Origin: Octopus sinensis
Lineage: Eukaryota
DNA: 64,000 nt
Direction of reading: 5' to 3'
NCBI RefSeq assembly: GCF_006345805.1
Contig: NC_043006.1
Span: 73,346,001-73,410,000, forward strand
The position numbers were made by a program, and so were the translations under genes. The notes under the pieces are model-generated. The model was not told the origin of the DNA. It saw only the letters and a list, made by a program, of their open reading frames with translations, and did no database searches. This document shows, one piece after another, positions 1 through 12,622 of this stretch. The stretch's first letter is position 1. Every line of letters begins with the position of its first letter.

Positions 1-296
1 CCAATGCCTTGTGAGTGGATTTGGTAGACGGAAACTGAAAGAAGCCTGTCGTATATATGTATATATATGTATGTGTGTGTTTGTGTGTCTGTGTTTGTCC
101 CCCTAGCATTGCTTGACAACCAATGCTGGTGTGTTTACGTCTCCGTCACTTAGCGGTTCGGCAAAAGAGACCGATAGAATAAGTACTGGGCTTACAAAGA
201 ATAAGTCCCGGGGTCGATTTGCTTGACTAAAGGCGGTGCTCCAGCATGGCCACAGTCGAATGACTGAAACTAGTAAAAAAAAAAAAAAAAAAAAAA
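1..296 (+). mobile_element. tRNA-derived SINE family A (CORE-like), 3' part with A-rich tail
   Basis: Matches the complete copies at 16903 and 47151 (gtggatttggtagacggaaactgaaagaag ... ggcggtgctccagcatggcc ... tgactgaaac), including the internal TA/TG microsatellite. Confidence 0.9.
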
Positions 297-416
297 TATA
301 TATATTTACCTGAGAGATTTCGAAGTTTCGGTTTGGTTACCTTGGTCAGACTGTCTGAGAAAGGCAACGAAACCGAAACACTGAAGTAAAAGTAAAAGTT
401 TTCCATATAAAAATAG

Positions 417-449
<33 letters not shown>

Positions 450-880
450 CTCCCTCTCTCTATCCTTCTCTTTCTTTTTATCGCTCTCTGTATATATATA
501 TATATATATAAATAAATATATATATGTATATATGCGCGCGTGCGCAAACACGCACACTCGCACATAGACATGATGCAACGTACTATACGATAAGAACAAT
601 AAGCAATCAAGTATGCTAATAACCTCGATAAATTTCGTGTTTTTTCGAATTCCAAACACTACATTTCTTATCTAAATTACACTATACCCAATTTCTACTA
701 TTTTGCTTGGCGTGATGTCATCCACCTTTCATTACGTCATTACGTATATCAACGCATCCCTTATTCTCCTTGCATAACTCATTTGTTTAACGTGTGTTTA
801 CTTTTAACATTTCCAAAATCTTATCATTGGTTTCTCAAACAGTTTCCTTAAAACTCTCAACCTCTTCCAACGTTAATCTG

Positions 881-928
<48 letters not shown>

Positions 929-1030
929 ATACAATTACATATATATATATCTATAATATATATATATATATATATATATGGAAAAAAGGTCAAGGTAGAA
1001 AATGCTAAAATAATTTTATGAAAAACATTT

Positions 1031-1066
1031 CAGTACCGGTTTCAGTCTTTGAGACTTCTTCAATTG
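1031..1066 (-). ncRNA. Minimal type I hammerhead ribozyme motif (U3 variant)
   Basis: Minus strand reads caa TTGAAGA agtc-tcaaa-gact GAAA ccgg TA ctg: perfect 4-bp stem II, palindromic stem III (ACCGGT), GUA triplet, imperfect stem I; insert 980-1213 is flanked by (TA)n. Confidence 0.6.
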
Positions 1067-1211
1067 TAAGCATGGAAAACAATTAAAATTTGGAAACATT
1101 TAATGAAAAGTTTTTAAAAGAATATTTGCCTAGTATTCAAATACAAGGGACATTTCCCTTGTTTCTGCCTGTCTCTGCCTCTCTTGTTTACTCTTGTGGG
1201 CTCGAGATCGT

Positions 1212-1256
<45 letters not shown>

Positions 1257-2528
1257 ATGACCGTATCATTATTTATAATACAACAAAGAGTTTATTTGCC
1301 AATTTTTTCAGTTTGATGTTGTATAAATTTATCCGTCGATAACCAAACCTCTCAAACCAAAACCTCAGAGTTCACCAGTATATTGACAAAATTAATGATG
1401 CTAATATTGGTGTTATATTATATATTAGAAATTCGCTTCTTTTTTTAAAAGCTCATTTTGGTGCCAACGAAGCAGGGCAAAATTCTTCTTTTGCAATGGC
1501 AGACTATGAAGGCACAAACAACTCAGTATTGGAAGCATTGCTTGTATTAGATTTCCTTCGCAAGAAAAAAAAAAAAGATTTAATTAAACTTAGTTCGTTA
1601 CGAAATGACTAACAATTTCCCGTCATATGACCAGCCATGAACTGGATTATTTCAGAAATAATTTAATTGAAGCAATTAGAGAATCTAACGGAAAAAATTC
1701 GTGTTAAGATTAATTTATATTTTGTTAATCATAATATATAAGGCAACACAGGAAAAGGAAATTATTTTGGTTCAATCTCCTATTAGCTTGAACATAATTT
1801 CCATTATTGCAAACCTTTCTAAATATAATGCAAATAAATTTTCAAATTAATCATAAATGCTAGAAGCAGCTTAACAAAAAAATTTCAATCACAGTTATAT
1901 GAAAAATGTTTGCTATCTCTACAGGCAAAATGAATAGAAGAAATCTCAGAAGTACGAACAGACAAAGCCACTCACTTCCAGCTCATATTAAATTTCTTCC
2001 TTTCATGGTAAGTGCCTTACTACATCCTTGCTATATCGGACATAAGATTCTTTAATGGAAAGCATACAGTAAAAATTATATCGTTCTAACCGAAAATACA
2101 TTCCAAAACGGGCATACAGGACATACCTGCTCTTTCAGAAATTCAGTAAAACGCTATAACTAAACTGTAGTAAATATGAAAATATGAAGTTTCTCAAACG
2201 TACACTGTAGATATCTTTTCTTTTCTTTTTATTTATAGTTTTTTTTTATTGATAAGTGTATATATAAATATATGCTTTTGATTACTATTCCTCTATTTGA
2301 TTACTATTCCTCTATACCATTGATAGCTAACCAGTCAATTTGAATTTTTCTTCATTTCTAATTGCAGTCACCAAACGTTTTTAATCGGGTAAGTCGTATA
2401 GAGTTTTCTCAAACTTCAAATATGAACTTGTCTTTGTTAACTACGTCCCAGAGATGGGGCCTTGTATCTTGTTGGAAACTGGCTCCCTCCTCAGTGGAAG
2501 ATTTATAACAATTAAAAAATAGAAGAGA

Positions 2529-2733
2529 CATACATACATACATACATACATACATCCATACATAATACATACATACATACATGCATTCTTACATACATAC
2601 ATACATACGTAATACATACATACGTAATACATACATACGTAATACATACATACGTAATACATACATACATACATACATACATACATACATACATACATAC
2701 ATACATACATACATACATACATACATACATACA
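2529..2733. repeat. (CATA)n / (TACG) compound microsatellite
   Basis: Direct reading. Confidence 0.95.
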
Positions 2734-3697
2734 AACAAACAAATCTCCATAATTGTTTCTGTGCAATAGTTTCACATATTATACATATGGTATATTAACA
2801 TGCGTAAAAGTTCCATTTGAAATTTTCCATACGTTAATATCCCATACAACACCTGCCTATAATCTAGAGTTGAAAGTGCGATACCTGCACGATTTTTTTT
2901 TCTCGAAAGTAAGCTATATTTATCACATGAAATATCTCACATTCTTACAGAAATTGTTTTTTCATACCAATATTGTACTTTCTCCTTCGTAATATAATAT
3001 TTGTGTTGTGAGCAGCAAAATTGGTAAACCCCAAACAATTCTAGACTGCGAAGATTTATGCACAGCAATGTCATTCCACAGACACACGAAATTCTTCAGC
3101 AGAGGTGCTGATTTTTGCCTGCCATGTTTGCTCTAGATCTTAAAAATTCAGCATCTGGTCTAAAAAACTATCTCGGAACATACGCTTAAACGTGACTCAG
3201 TATTTTGAGTGAGTATTTTGAGTGAACACTGAATAAAGAATTGTCTAACATTTGCTTTTCTTAAGATGGTAATTCATACAAATTATAGTAACTTCTCAAT
3301 TATATAGAATATATTTAGTGACTTCGCAAAATCAGATAAAATGCTTCGAGCTATTTTTCCGACTGTTTGCATTCTGAATTCAAATCCCGCTTAGGATAAC
3401 TTTGCCGTTCTTAAGTAGTGGAGGCGGTTCTTCTATTAGAGCCCCGACTGGAGTACATTGCTGTCTAACCAGAAAGCTTATCTACCTGTAACACTTTATA
3501 TGAGTGCCAACAGACAATTCCAACACGTACATACCTTGTCAAACACCCATACATACACCCACGCTCATGTCTACACAAGTCGTTCTAAAACGGAAAGATC
3601 ATCTTTCAGTAATTAGACTGCAGCCATGCTGGGACACCACGTTGAAGGATTTAATCGAACAAATCGACACTAGTATTCATGTATTTTTAAAGCCTGG

Positions 3698-3742
<45 letters not shown>

Positions 3743-4843
3743 TAATGTTTATTTTTATGTTATAATAAAAACAATTTTACATTAAATGGAAGGATTACTC
3801 AACACCTTTTGGTAGAGTACAAATTTATTATTCATTCTCAAGAATAATATTGACTGTGACATCAGTCATCATTGGATGATGATGGCTTAGTTAGCCGTTA
3901 CTTCGAAGTCACTGTCAGTACTATACTTGTTAAAGAATTATATATATATATATATATATACTATATACGTATACACACATATATACAAGTTTGCATATAT
4001 ATGTTGTTTGTGTATATATATGTGTGTGTGTGTATGTGTGTATCAAATTTCCGCCTATCAAATTTGCTTACAAGGCATTGGTCGTCCCCGGAGCTATATT
4101 AGAGGACACTTGTTCAAGTGTACCGAGCAGTGAGACTCAACTACCACCCGACCAAACCACGTAGTTGCCAAGAAAGCTTCTTAACTACACAAGCTGTGTG
4201 CACCTATAATGCAAAAGAAAAATAGGACAGAGATATTTCATCGTATCACATATGATATTTAAGTATTACATGTGATATTCAAGTATTACATATGATATTT
4301 AAGTATTAAGAAACTGCTAAGAACTGTACGAAATGATTAGTTAAGTAATTTCTCTATAAATTCACGAGAGAAATATTTATTGTACTTTTATGCAAAGTCA
4401 CTGTAAAGAGAAAAAAGTTTGATAATTGGCTAATGAGGAAGAGTTGATGAGTGAGTGGAATAGGCAGATGTTTTCTAATGCAAGATATTAATCATTATGT
4501 CTTAATTCGGTAGATAATTTTCGTGATAGGCGTTTGATGTATATAAATATAATTTAGCTTTTAAAATTGTCTGTCATTAGAGGGGATATGGAATTATGCA
4601 CTTTATCTGTGCATAATTACTTACAACTTACAACTAAGAGGATAATAATATAATTGAAAATTAAATAAGACGCTTTGACAATATCTATCTATCTATCTAT
4701 CTAATCTATCTATCTATCTATCTATCTATCTATTATCTATCTACTATAATATCTATCTATCTATATCTATCTTATCTATATATCTATCTATCTATCTACT
4801 TGAAATAGATGCATCACATTCAATTAAATAATAAATAATATTA

Positions 4844-4878
<35 letters not shown>

Positions 4879-5160
4879 CGATACACACACACACTAATGG
4901 TTTTTTATGTTAAAATAAAAACATAAACTTTAATACTTTTGATATATATTTAAAATAATAAAATAAATTACTTTTATGTATTGGCTTATGTTTTTCATTG
5001 TTTGATTTGCCTAATAGTGGTTTTATCTCTAATTTAATATAATATAATAATAATTTTATACTATAAAATTGGATTTAAACCTAAATTGATTTTTCCCTGT
5101 AAGTTTGGATTTATTCCCTAATATTTTATTATATATATATATATATGTACATGCATATAT

Positions 5161-5878
5161 GGGTACAGGGCGTCACCAACAGTGCAAGTAACATGAAATA
5201 CATAAAAAAACTAGGGCAAACAAGTGAATTACGTAAACAACGAGAAAAAAGGAAAAAGAGGACAAGTTAACACAGAGAAAGGACCCTTCATCAGTTGTCG
5301 GCTGTCTATCTACTCCTCATTTCGAGTATTCAACGACAATATGAATCTTCAAAGACAGTTGCTCCCATAAATTCTAAAATAAAATTTTGGATTTATGGAG
5401 GGTCATAGTTGGAAACAAAAAAAAATTACTGGAGACATACAAGGAAACCGAACTAAAGCAAACAAGGAGGGTCGTTAGACCAGAACGAGAGGAAAATAGT
5501 GAACGCTGGGAGAAACACTTTTTTTGATAAGAGAAAAGATAGAAGAGAGAGAGAAAAGTGTTTCTCCCAGCGTTCACTATTTTCCTCTCGTTCTGGTCTA
5601 ACGACCCTCCATGTTAGTTTTCGTTCGGTTTCCTTGTATGTCTCCACTATCCTGTTTTTGCTCCCAACTTTGACCCTCCATAAATCCTAAATTTTACTTT
5701 AGAATTTATAGGAGCAACCGTCTTTGAAGACTCATATTATCGTTGAATGCTCGAAATGAGGAGTAGATAGACAGCCAACAACTGACGAAGGGTCCTTTCT
5801 CTGTGTTTACTTTTCCTGTTTTCCCCTCTTTTGTTACGTATATTACGTTATTTGCACCGTTGGTGACGTTCTGTACCT
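5161..5878. mobile_element. Foldback (~330-360 bp diverged inverted arms, ~30 bp spacer) embedded in (TA)n; probable Penelope-like terminal-repeat fragments
   Basis: 5161-5522 is the reverse complement of ~5554-5878; termini gggtacag/ctgtacc abut TA repeats; same terminus family at 34336-34549. Confidence 0.75.
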
Positions 5879-5915
5879 ATATATGCATGTGTATATATAT
5901 ATATATATAATATAT

Positions 5916-5949
<34 letters not shown>

Positions 5950-5951
5950 AT

Positions 5952-6215
5952 AACAAAATTAGAGAATGGAGAAATATTACTTAAATCAGTTAAAACATCA
6001 ACTATCTGATGATACTCAATCCATACTTTAATACCACCATTACATATGAGTAAAGGCAATATATAAAATGAAATGAGATATACAGTAATAGTAAAAAGAT
6101 AAAGAGATATAAGTAAAAAATTTTCAAATATAATATGCAAATAAAATCATCTTGTAAGGATGGACTTGGTGCTAACTTAACTGTATCTATTTTTTATTAT
6201 ATTTTTTTTATTATA

Positions 6216-6273
<58 letters not shown>

Positions 6274-7083
6274 AGTAATTTTTATTAACTTTTATAGCTT
6301 TAGAATCTTATGAACTGTACCACGGATTTATTATTATTTTTCATCTCCATATATGTTAGCTTTTTTTTTTTTTTTATATATATAAAAAAAACTATTAGCC
6401 AAATATGTATAATATCGGTACTTATTGATATTAATATATACACTATTATATATTTTGTTTTATTTTGTTCTGTTTACCTTCCTTTTTGTACAAATGTGTA
6501 TTTATTATATAAGTGTAGCTTTATGATGTATAAGTTTTTATATTTTACATTTTTATATTTTATATTTATATGTATATGATTATATAATATTTTTCACTAT
6601 TAACAAATTTAATTTATTCTCTGAAGAGGCCGTGGGGCATCCTGTTAATGCCTCATTTATACCTGCCTTTATGGCTTATAGGTTAAATGAGGTATGACTG
6701 TCCTCACTGCCGAAACAGCTGTCAGTTTTGATTTATTTGCATATTAATTTGAAAATTTTTTACTTATATCTCTTTATCTTTTTACTATTACTGTATATCT
6801 CATTTCATTTTATATATTGCCTTTACTCATATGTAATGGGTATTAAAGTATGGATGTGAGTATCATCAGATAGTGATGTTTACTGATTTAAGTATATTTC
6901 TCCATTCTCTAATTTGTAGTATTAATTTACGGTAATATTATTACCTTTACCCATATAATGCAATAGATGAACTGATTGTTTGACAAATTTTAACATCTAT
7001 GTATTAATTTTGTTGGGTACCTATCTAGCAGTATATTGGAATATATTATCCATGGTGGGTTGAATTTCAACACCTATCTCATT

Positions 7084-7085
<2 letters not shown>
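5952..7085 (+). mobile_element. (TA)n-embedded Penelope-like insert with hammerhead and ~195-bp inverted arm
   Basis: 5952-6149 is the reverse complement of 6729-6917; hammerhead core at 6621-6723. Confidence 0.65.
6617..6730 (+). ncRNA. Type I hammerhead motif with ~85-nt stem II
   Basis: CTGAAGA (6621-6627), ggc...gcc long hairpin including atgcctcattta/taaatgaggtat, GAAA (6712-6715), palindromic ACAGCTGT, GUC triplet; stem I weak (2 bp then mismatches). Confidence 0.6.
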
Positions 7086-7172
<87 letters not shown>

Positions 7173-7271
7173 TGTATATGTAATATTATATTTATATATA
7201 TATATATATGTAATATTATATTTATATATATATGATATATATATATATATATATATATAGATATGTATATG

Positions 7272-7328
<57 letters not shown>

Positions 7329-7444
7329 GTAATATTATATATATATATTATATATCATATATATATGTATATGTATATGTAATATTATATATATATATAT
7401 ATATTATATATATATACTATATATATATATATACATACATATAT

Positions 7445-7820
7445 AAGGATTGAGGTAGAAATAGCACAGAAGTATGTCTAAGACATTTCAATTCAAGAAG
7501 GAATTTAATAAAAAATGATTTTTAAAAATGATTTTAAAAACATATAAAGAAGATATTGCCGTTTTCGATGAATCTCATCTTATCAAATATCAGTAAAAAT
7601 TTATAAAAATTTGAAGTAACACCAGTTTATCTTCTGCCTGAGGGTCAAGATCATGTTCTTCACCCCCAGACATTTTTCTGATAAGATGAGATTCATCGAA
7701 ACTGGTAATATCTTCTTTGTATAATTTAAAAAAATATCTTTTTAAAATCCTTTTTATTAAACTCCTTCTTGAATTGAAATATCTTAGACTTACTTGTGTG
7801 CTATTTCCAACTCCATCCTT
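7445..7820. mobile_element. Foldback (~140-bp arms, ~90-bp spacer) in (TA)n with a hammerhead motif in each arm
   Basis: 7445-7586 is the reverse complement of 7679-7820; consensus of the arms is gatat TTGATAA gatg-agatt-catc GAAA ccgg TA atatc. Confidence 0.7.
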
Positions 7821-7934
7821 TATATATACAAATTTGATTTGTATTGATCTCAAATCTTTTTTTCAACTATATATATATATATATACGTATGCATATACAT
7901 ACATACATACTTACATATATATATATATATATAT

Positions 7935-9354
7935 TCCTGATGAATTCCTTTGCTGTAGAGTAAGGGACTTCATCCTATATGCTTAGTAGTAAACTCGATG
8001 CTGCTACAGGAGGACCGGTAACCATTACAATTTGTAGCGGCGAAAAGGTCTGGACGTTGTTTTCTGAGGCTGACCAAAGATTTTTATTTTAGATATAAGT
8101 GATGTACTCAAGTGTAGTTATGTTTTAGCTTGTGCTTTTTCCATGATCATACGTGAGTATTTATTTATATCCCATCGAAAGTTCTACTGAAGAAGGAATA
8201 TATCTTTTTTTATAAGATTAAGTCCGAAATTGATTCAATATAGAGATAACGAAATTTAAATTTTCTAAAGGTTAGTTGCCCGTTTTCAGTTTCAATTTTC
8301 CTGAACAAGCGGATTATAAGTGGATAAAACAGTGTATTTGGCTTTAGAATAACCCTCTTTAGCCCTTAATTATATGATGTATATTGCAACCGTAACGGTT
8401 TTTTTAAATATACTGCCCACGCTTCCTGATGAATTCCTTTGCTGTAGAGTAAGGGACTTCATCCTATATTGCTTAGTAGTAAACTCGATGCTTGCTACAG
8501 GAGGACCGGTAACCATTACAATTGTAGCGCGCGAAAGGTCTGGACGTTGTTTTCTGAGGCTGACCAAAGAATTTTATTTTAGATATAAGTGATGTACTCA
8601 AGTGTAGTTATGTTTTTAGCTTGTGCTTTTTCCATGATCATAAGTGAGTATTTTATTTATATCCCATCGAAAGTTCTACTGAAGAAGGAATATATCTTTT
8701 TTTATAGATTAAGTCCGAAATTGATTCAATATAGAGATAACGAAATTGAAATTTTTTCTAAAGGTTAGTTGCCCGTTTCAGTTTCAATTTTCCTGTAACA
8801 AGCGGATTATAAGTGGATAAAACAGTGTATTTGGCTTTTAGAATAACCCTCTTTAGCCCTAATTATATGATGTAATTGCAACCGTAACGGTTTTTTAAAT
8901 ATACTGCCCACGCTTCCTGATGAATTCCTTTGCTGTAGAGTAAGGGACTTCATCCTATATTGCTTAGTAGTAAACTCGATGCTGCTACAGGAGGACCGGT
9001 AACCATTACAATTTGTAGCGGCGAAAGGTCTGGACGTTGTTTTCTGAGGCGACCAAAGAATTTTTATTTTTAGATATAAGTGAGTACTCAAGTGTAGTTA
9101 TGTTTTAGCTTGTGCTTTTTCCATGATCATACGGAGTATTTTATTTATATCCCATCGAAAGTTCTACTGAAGAAGGAATATATCTTTTTTTATAAGATAA
9201 GTCCGAAATTGATTCAATATAGAGATAACGAAATTAAATTTTCTAAAGGTTAGTTGCCCGTTTTCAGTTTCAATTTTCCTGTAACAAGCGGATTATAAGT
9301 GGATAAAAACAGTGTATTTGGCTTTAGAATAACCCTCTTTAGCCCTTAATTATA

Positions 9355-9359
<5 letters not shown>
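7935..9359 (+). repeat. Tandem array, ~490-bp unit x ~2.9, flanked by (TA)n; retrozyme / Penelope pLTR-like
   Basis: Core CTGAAGA at 8187, 8679 and 9167 (periods 492 and 488); copies differ mostly by 1-nt indels. Confidence 0.9.
8182..8245 (+). ncRNA. Type I hammerhead ribozyme, array 1 copy 1 (also 8674-8736 and 9162-9224)
   Basis: ttcta CTGAAGA a gga...tcc GAAA ttg-att-caa TA tagag: 5-bp stem I, canonical core, AUA triplet, predicted cleavage after 8240. Confidence 0.75.
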
Positions 9360-9403
<44 letters not shown>

Positions 9404-10149
9404 GTGTAGGAAGAAATTACTTTGCAGCCTTTGAAACATATGTAGAAAATAATAAAAAGGAATTTGTTAAATCTTCGTTCAGCTCCATTTCTTCCTACAC
9501 TAAATATATAACTTCAAATTTCGCACTAAGGCAGGGGTTTGAGACCCCATGGTCGTAACCTCAACCGTGATTTTTCTGTTGTGATTTTTGCTACCAGGTA
9601 TCGGTTATCTTTTGAATAATCCGTAACAAGATAATTCATTTATCCATTTCAAATATATCTATATATATATATATAATATATATATATATAAACACACGCA
9701 TATAAGCACACAGACACATACACACATATACGTACACATACACAATGTTAGATGAGTATAGAGTGGGGATAAGAAAAAAGAGATGACACCAGTTATTTGT
9801 CTCGCTATGCTTAAGCGAAATATTGGAATACATATATATATATATATATTTATGTAAAAGTATGTATGTGTGTATGTGTGCGCGCGCGCGTGTGTTTTAA
9901 AAGCTGGATTATATTCTGTCATAGTTTCATTGAAATTGGTTGATTATATTCTGTCATAGTTTCATTGAAATTGGTTGATTATAATCAAAGCATAAAAAGG
10001 ATTAGAACTCTGACCTAATGATCCAATTACGGTGAAACTAAAAGCTGCATATTACTGAAGACTAATACATCTTTTGAAAAAGAAAAAAACCCATTGAATT
10101 TTACATTTTTACTTTATCCCTAGTTTAAAGTAGTTTTAGAAAAAGTTCT

Positions 10150-10584
10150 GGCGGAATTTGAACTCAGAACGTAGCGGCAGACGAAATACCTATTTCTATT
10201 TCTTTATTACCCACAAGGGGCTAAACACAGAGGGGACAAACAGGGACAGACATAGGTATTAAGTCGATTACATCGACCCCAGTGCGTAACTGGTACTTAA
10301 GGCAAAGTCGACCGCGGCGGAATTTGAACTCACAACGTAACGCAGACGAAATACCTATTTCTTTTTTACCCACAAGGGGCTAAACATAGAGGGGACAAAC
10401 AAGGACAGACATAGGTATTAAGTCGATTACATCGACCCCAGTGCGTAACTGGTACTTAATTTATCGACCCCGAAAGGATGAAAGGCAAAGTCGACCTAGG
10501 CGGAATTTGAACTCACAACGTAACGCAGACGAAATACCGTTAAGCATTTCGCCCGGCGTGCTAACGTTTCTACCAGCTCGCCGC
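10150..10584 (-). mobile_element. tRNA-derived SINE family B (Meta-domain-like), tandem multimer
   Basis: Sense head ggcggcgagctggcagaaacgttagcacgccgggcgaaatgc, B box gagttcaaattcc, central gtcgactttgcctttcatcctttcggggtcgataaattaagtacc resembling the MetaSINE domain. Confidence 0.85.
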
Positions 10585-11146
10585 TGATGCTGTTATGGCA
10601 AGACAAAGGTATGTTATTTTCTGCCTCTCGCTCAACTCTAATAAACCGTGAAAGGCTGGTCCTCGTTTTGGTCAAGCTTCTGTTCTTTTAGTAACAGGTT
10701 TCATACCTAGGATTTTCTTGTTGGAAAGAACACTACCGAAGGATCGCGCCTTGTTTTTGCTGGCTACGTTTTCATTTGATAAAATACAAAACATGTGCAA
10801 ATTTATTTTTGTTGTTGCTATTCTTGTCTTCAATATGTTTCGCTTTGTTGAAATATATTTTCCTTTTTGTGTTATCATAATGTATTTTAAGATTTTTTTC
10901 TGTTATGTGGATGCCTAGCATTGGTCAGTCTAATTTCTCGTGGGGGTTGTTTCAGTACAACAATACAATTAATGGCTTCTAGTTAGGCTGTAAAATAAGA
11001 ATGGAAATATTAACCTCTGACTTCGGAATATCTAGGCGATGCTTCTCAACAATGGTGGCTTGGGTTGCTTTTATTCATTTTAATTGGAACTCTTTCTCGA
11101 CCTCCCTATGTATATGTGTGTGTTGTGTGTTTATGCTTTATATCTA

Positions 11147-11197
<51 letters not shown>

Positions 11198-11361
11198 ACA
11201 TACATACATACGTACACACACACATATATATATGTTAGCTGAGGTAGAGGTTAAAATAACCGTCTGAGGGCTAGAAGTATTCATTGAACTCATAGATCAA
11301 AGCTGATGTAGGTCAATTGTTGTTCATCGATACTTCTCCATTTTTGTCTTCTTTAAATTTT

Positions 11362-11409
<48 letters not shown>

Positions 11410-11442
11410 TGTATGTATGTATGTATGTATGTATAATAAATG

Positions 11443-12297
11443 TATTGGGTCATCCCATAAATAATGCGGTTTTCTATACTTCTTTTATTTTTCAAAATTA
11501 AGATAAACAAAGTCATTTTTAATCATCTAAAATATACTCTCCTTCATTTTCTACAATGCTCTTCCATATATCTGTTAAACTTGTAAGGCCCCTCTTCCAA
11601 AATTCACTTTTCCGTAACGAAAAAATTTCCACCAGTACTGTTCTGACCTCGTCTACAGAATTCATATTTTTTTCCCGTTCAAATGATTTTGAAGACTGCA
11701 GAATAAATGATAATCAGATGGGGCAATGTCCGGCGAATATAATGGGTGGAGCATCGTTCCCCATTCAAATTACTCCAGCCTTTGGAATGTCAACCTGACT
11801 GTATGTGGCCGAGGATTATCCTGATAGAAGAACACCTTTCGTCTTCAAACCAAAGATGGTCGTTTTTCTTCTACTGCTGACTTGAATGACTTGTTGAAAG
11901 ACCAAATCCAAGCTTCTCTGCTAGTTCCTCAACAGTTGCGATGGGATTTTGTTCCACCAGGGCTTGCAGGACATCCTCGCCGAGCTCTACAGATTTTCCA
12001 GGACGAGGCTCGTCTTCTAGGCTGTCCGATCCCTATATACTGCATTAATATTCCTCGCACTTTCGGTTACGTTGTTACCTTTATCGAACTCATAGATCAA
12101 AATATGCCGAATATGCACCTTTGCCACTTCCCTTATAGCTTTGAAAAAATAACTGCTATAATCGAACTGCACTCTTTAAAACTTAAAATTACTACCTGCT
12201 TTTATAGCAAGTTGATGCAGGTAGTTTATCCCGCCCCACTCCGAGTTTTAGTTCACACAATTAAAAAAACCCACATTATTTATGGGATGGCCCAATA
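11443..12297 (-). mobile_element. Internally deleted mariner DNA transposon
   Basis: ~30-bp TIRs TTGGGTCATCCCATAAATAATG / cattatttatgggatggcccaa with TA TSD; minus-strand remnants QDNPRPH and HPPYSPDIAPSDYHLF. Confidence 0.9.
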
Positions 12298-12443
12298 TTT
12301 ATGTAAATACACAAACGCACACGTGATAAATGTATTTATATTTGTATAAATATAAATACATTTTCGTATTTATTCAAACTTCTTTTAATCGCTTAATCTA
12401 TTCCAATTACACACATATATGAGATATGGATTATAATACATAC

Positions 12444-12482
<39 letters not shown>

Positions 12483-12622
12483 TGTGTATGTGTGTTCATA
12501 TGCATATACATTCATACATACGCCCATAAACACACACACATATATATACACACCCATAAACGATATATATATATATATATATGAAATTATAATAAGTGGA
12601 ATATACACAGATATCTGTGTAT

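Noticed and set aside
5295-5365. Hammerhead in the 5161-5878 and 34336-34549 families (TTGAAGA, CTGATGA and GAAA strings)
   Set aside because: Could not build a canonical stem II, stem III and NUH arrangement; left as unexplained motifs
8109-8118. CAAGTGTAGT identical to the U2 snRNA branch-pairing region
   Set aside because: Only 10 nt; the U2 5' end, Sm site and stems are absent
8350-8356. TAACCCT as a telomerase RNA template
   Set aside because: Too short, and no pseudoknot or H/ACA domain is evident
8426-8557. C/D-box snoRNA (TGATGA ... CTGA)
   Set aside because: Box C is buried in a hairpin, the terminal stem is ~3 bp, no guide target is recognised, and the retroelement context explains the array better
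7935-9359. CRISPR-like or satellite interpretation of the tandem arrays
   Set aside because: No repeat-spacer alternation and no cas genes; only 3-4 units, each with a ribozyme and (TA)n flanks
11882-12349. 155-aa plus-strand ORF
   Set aside because: Antisense to the decayed mariner transposase
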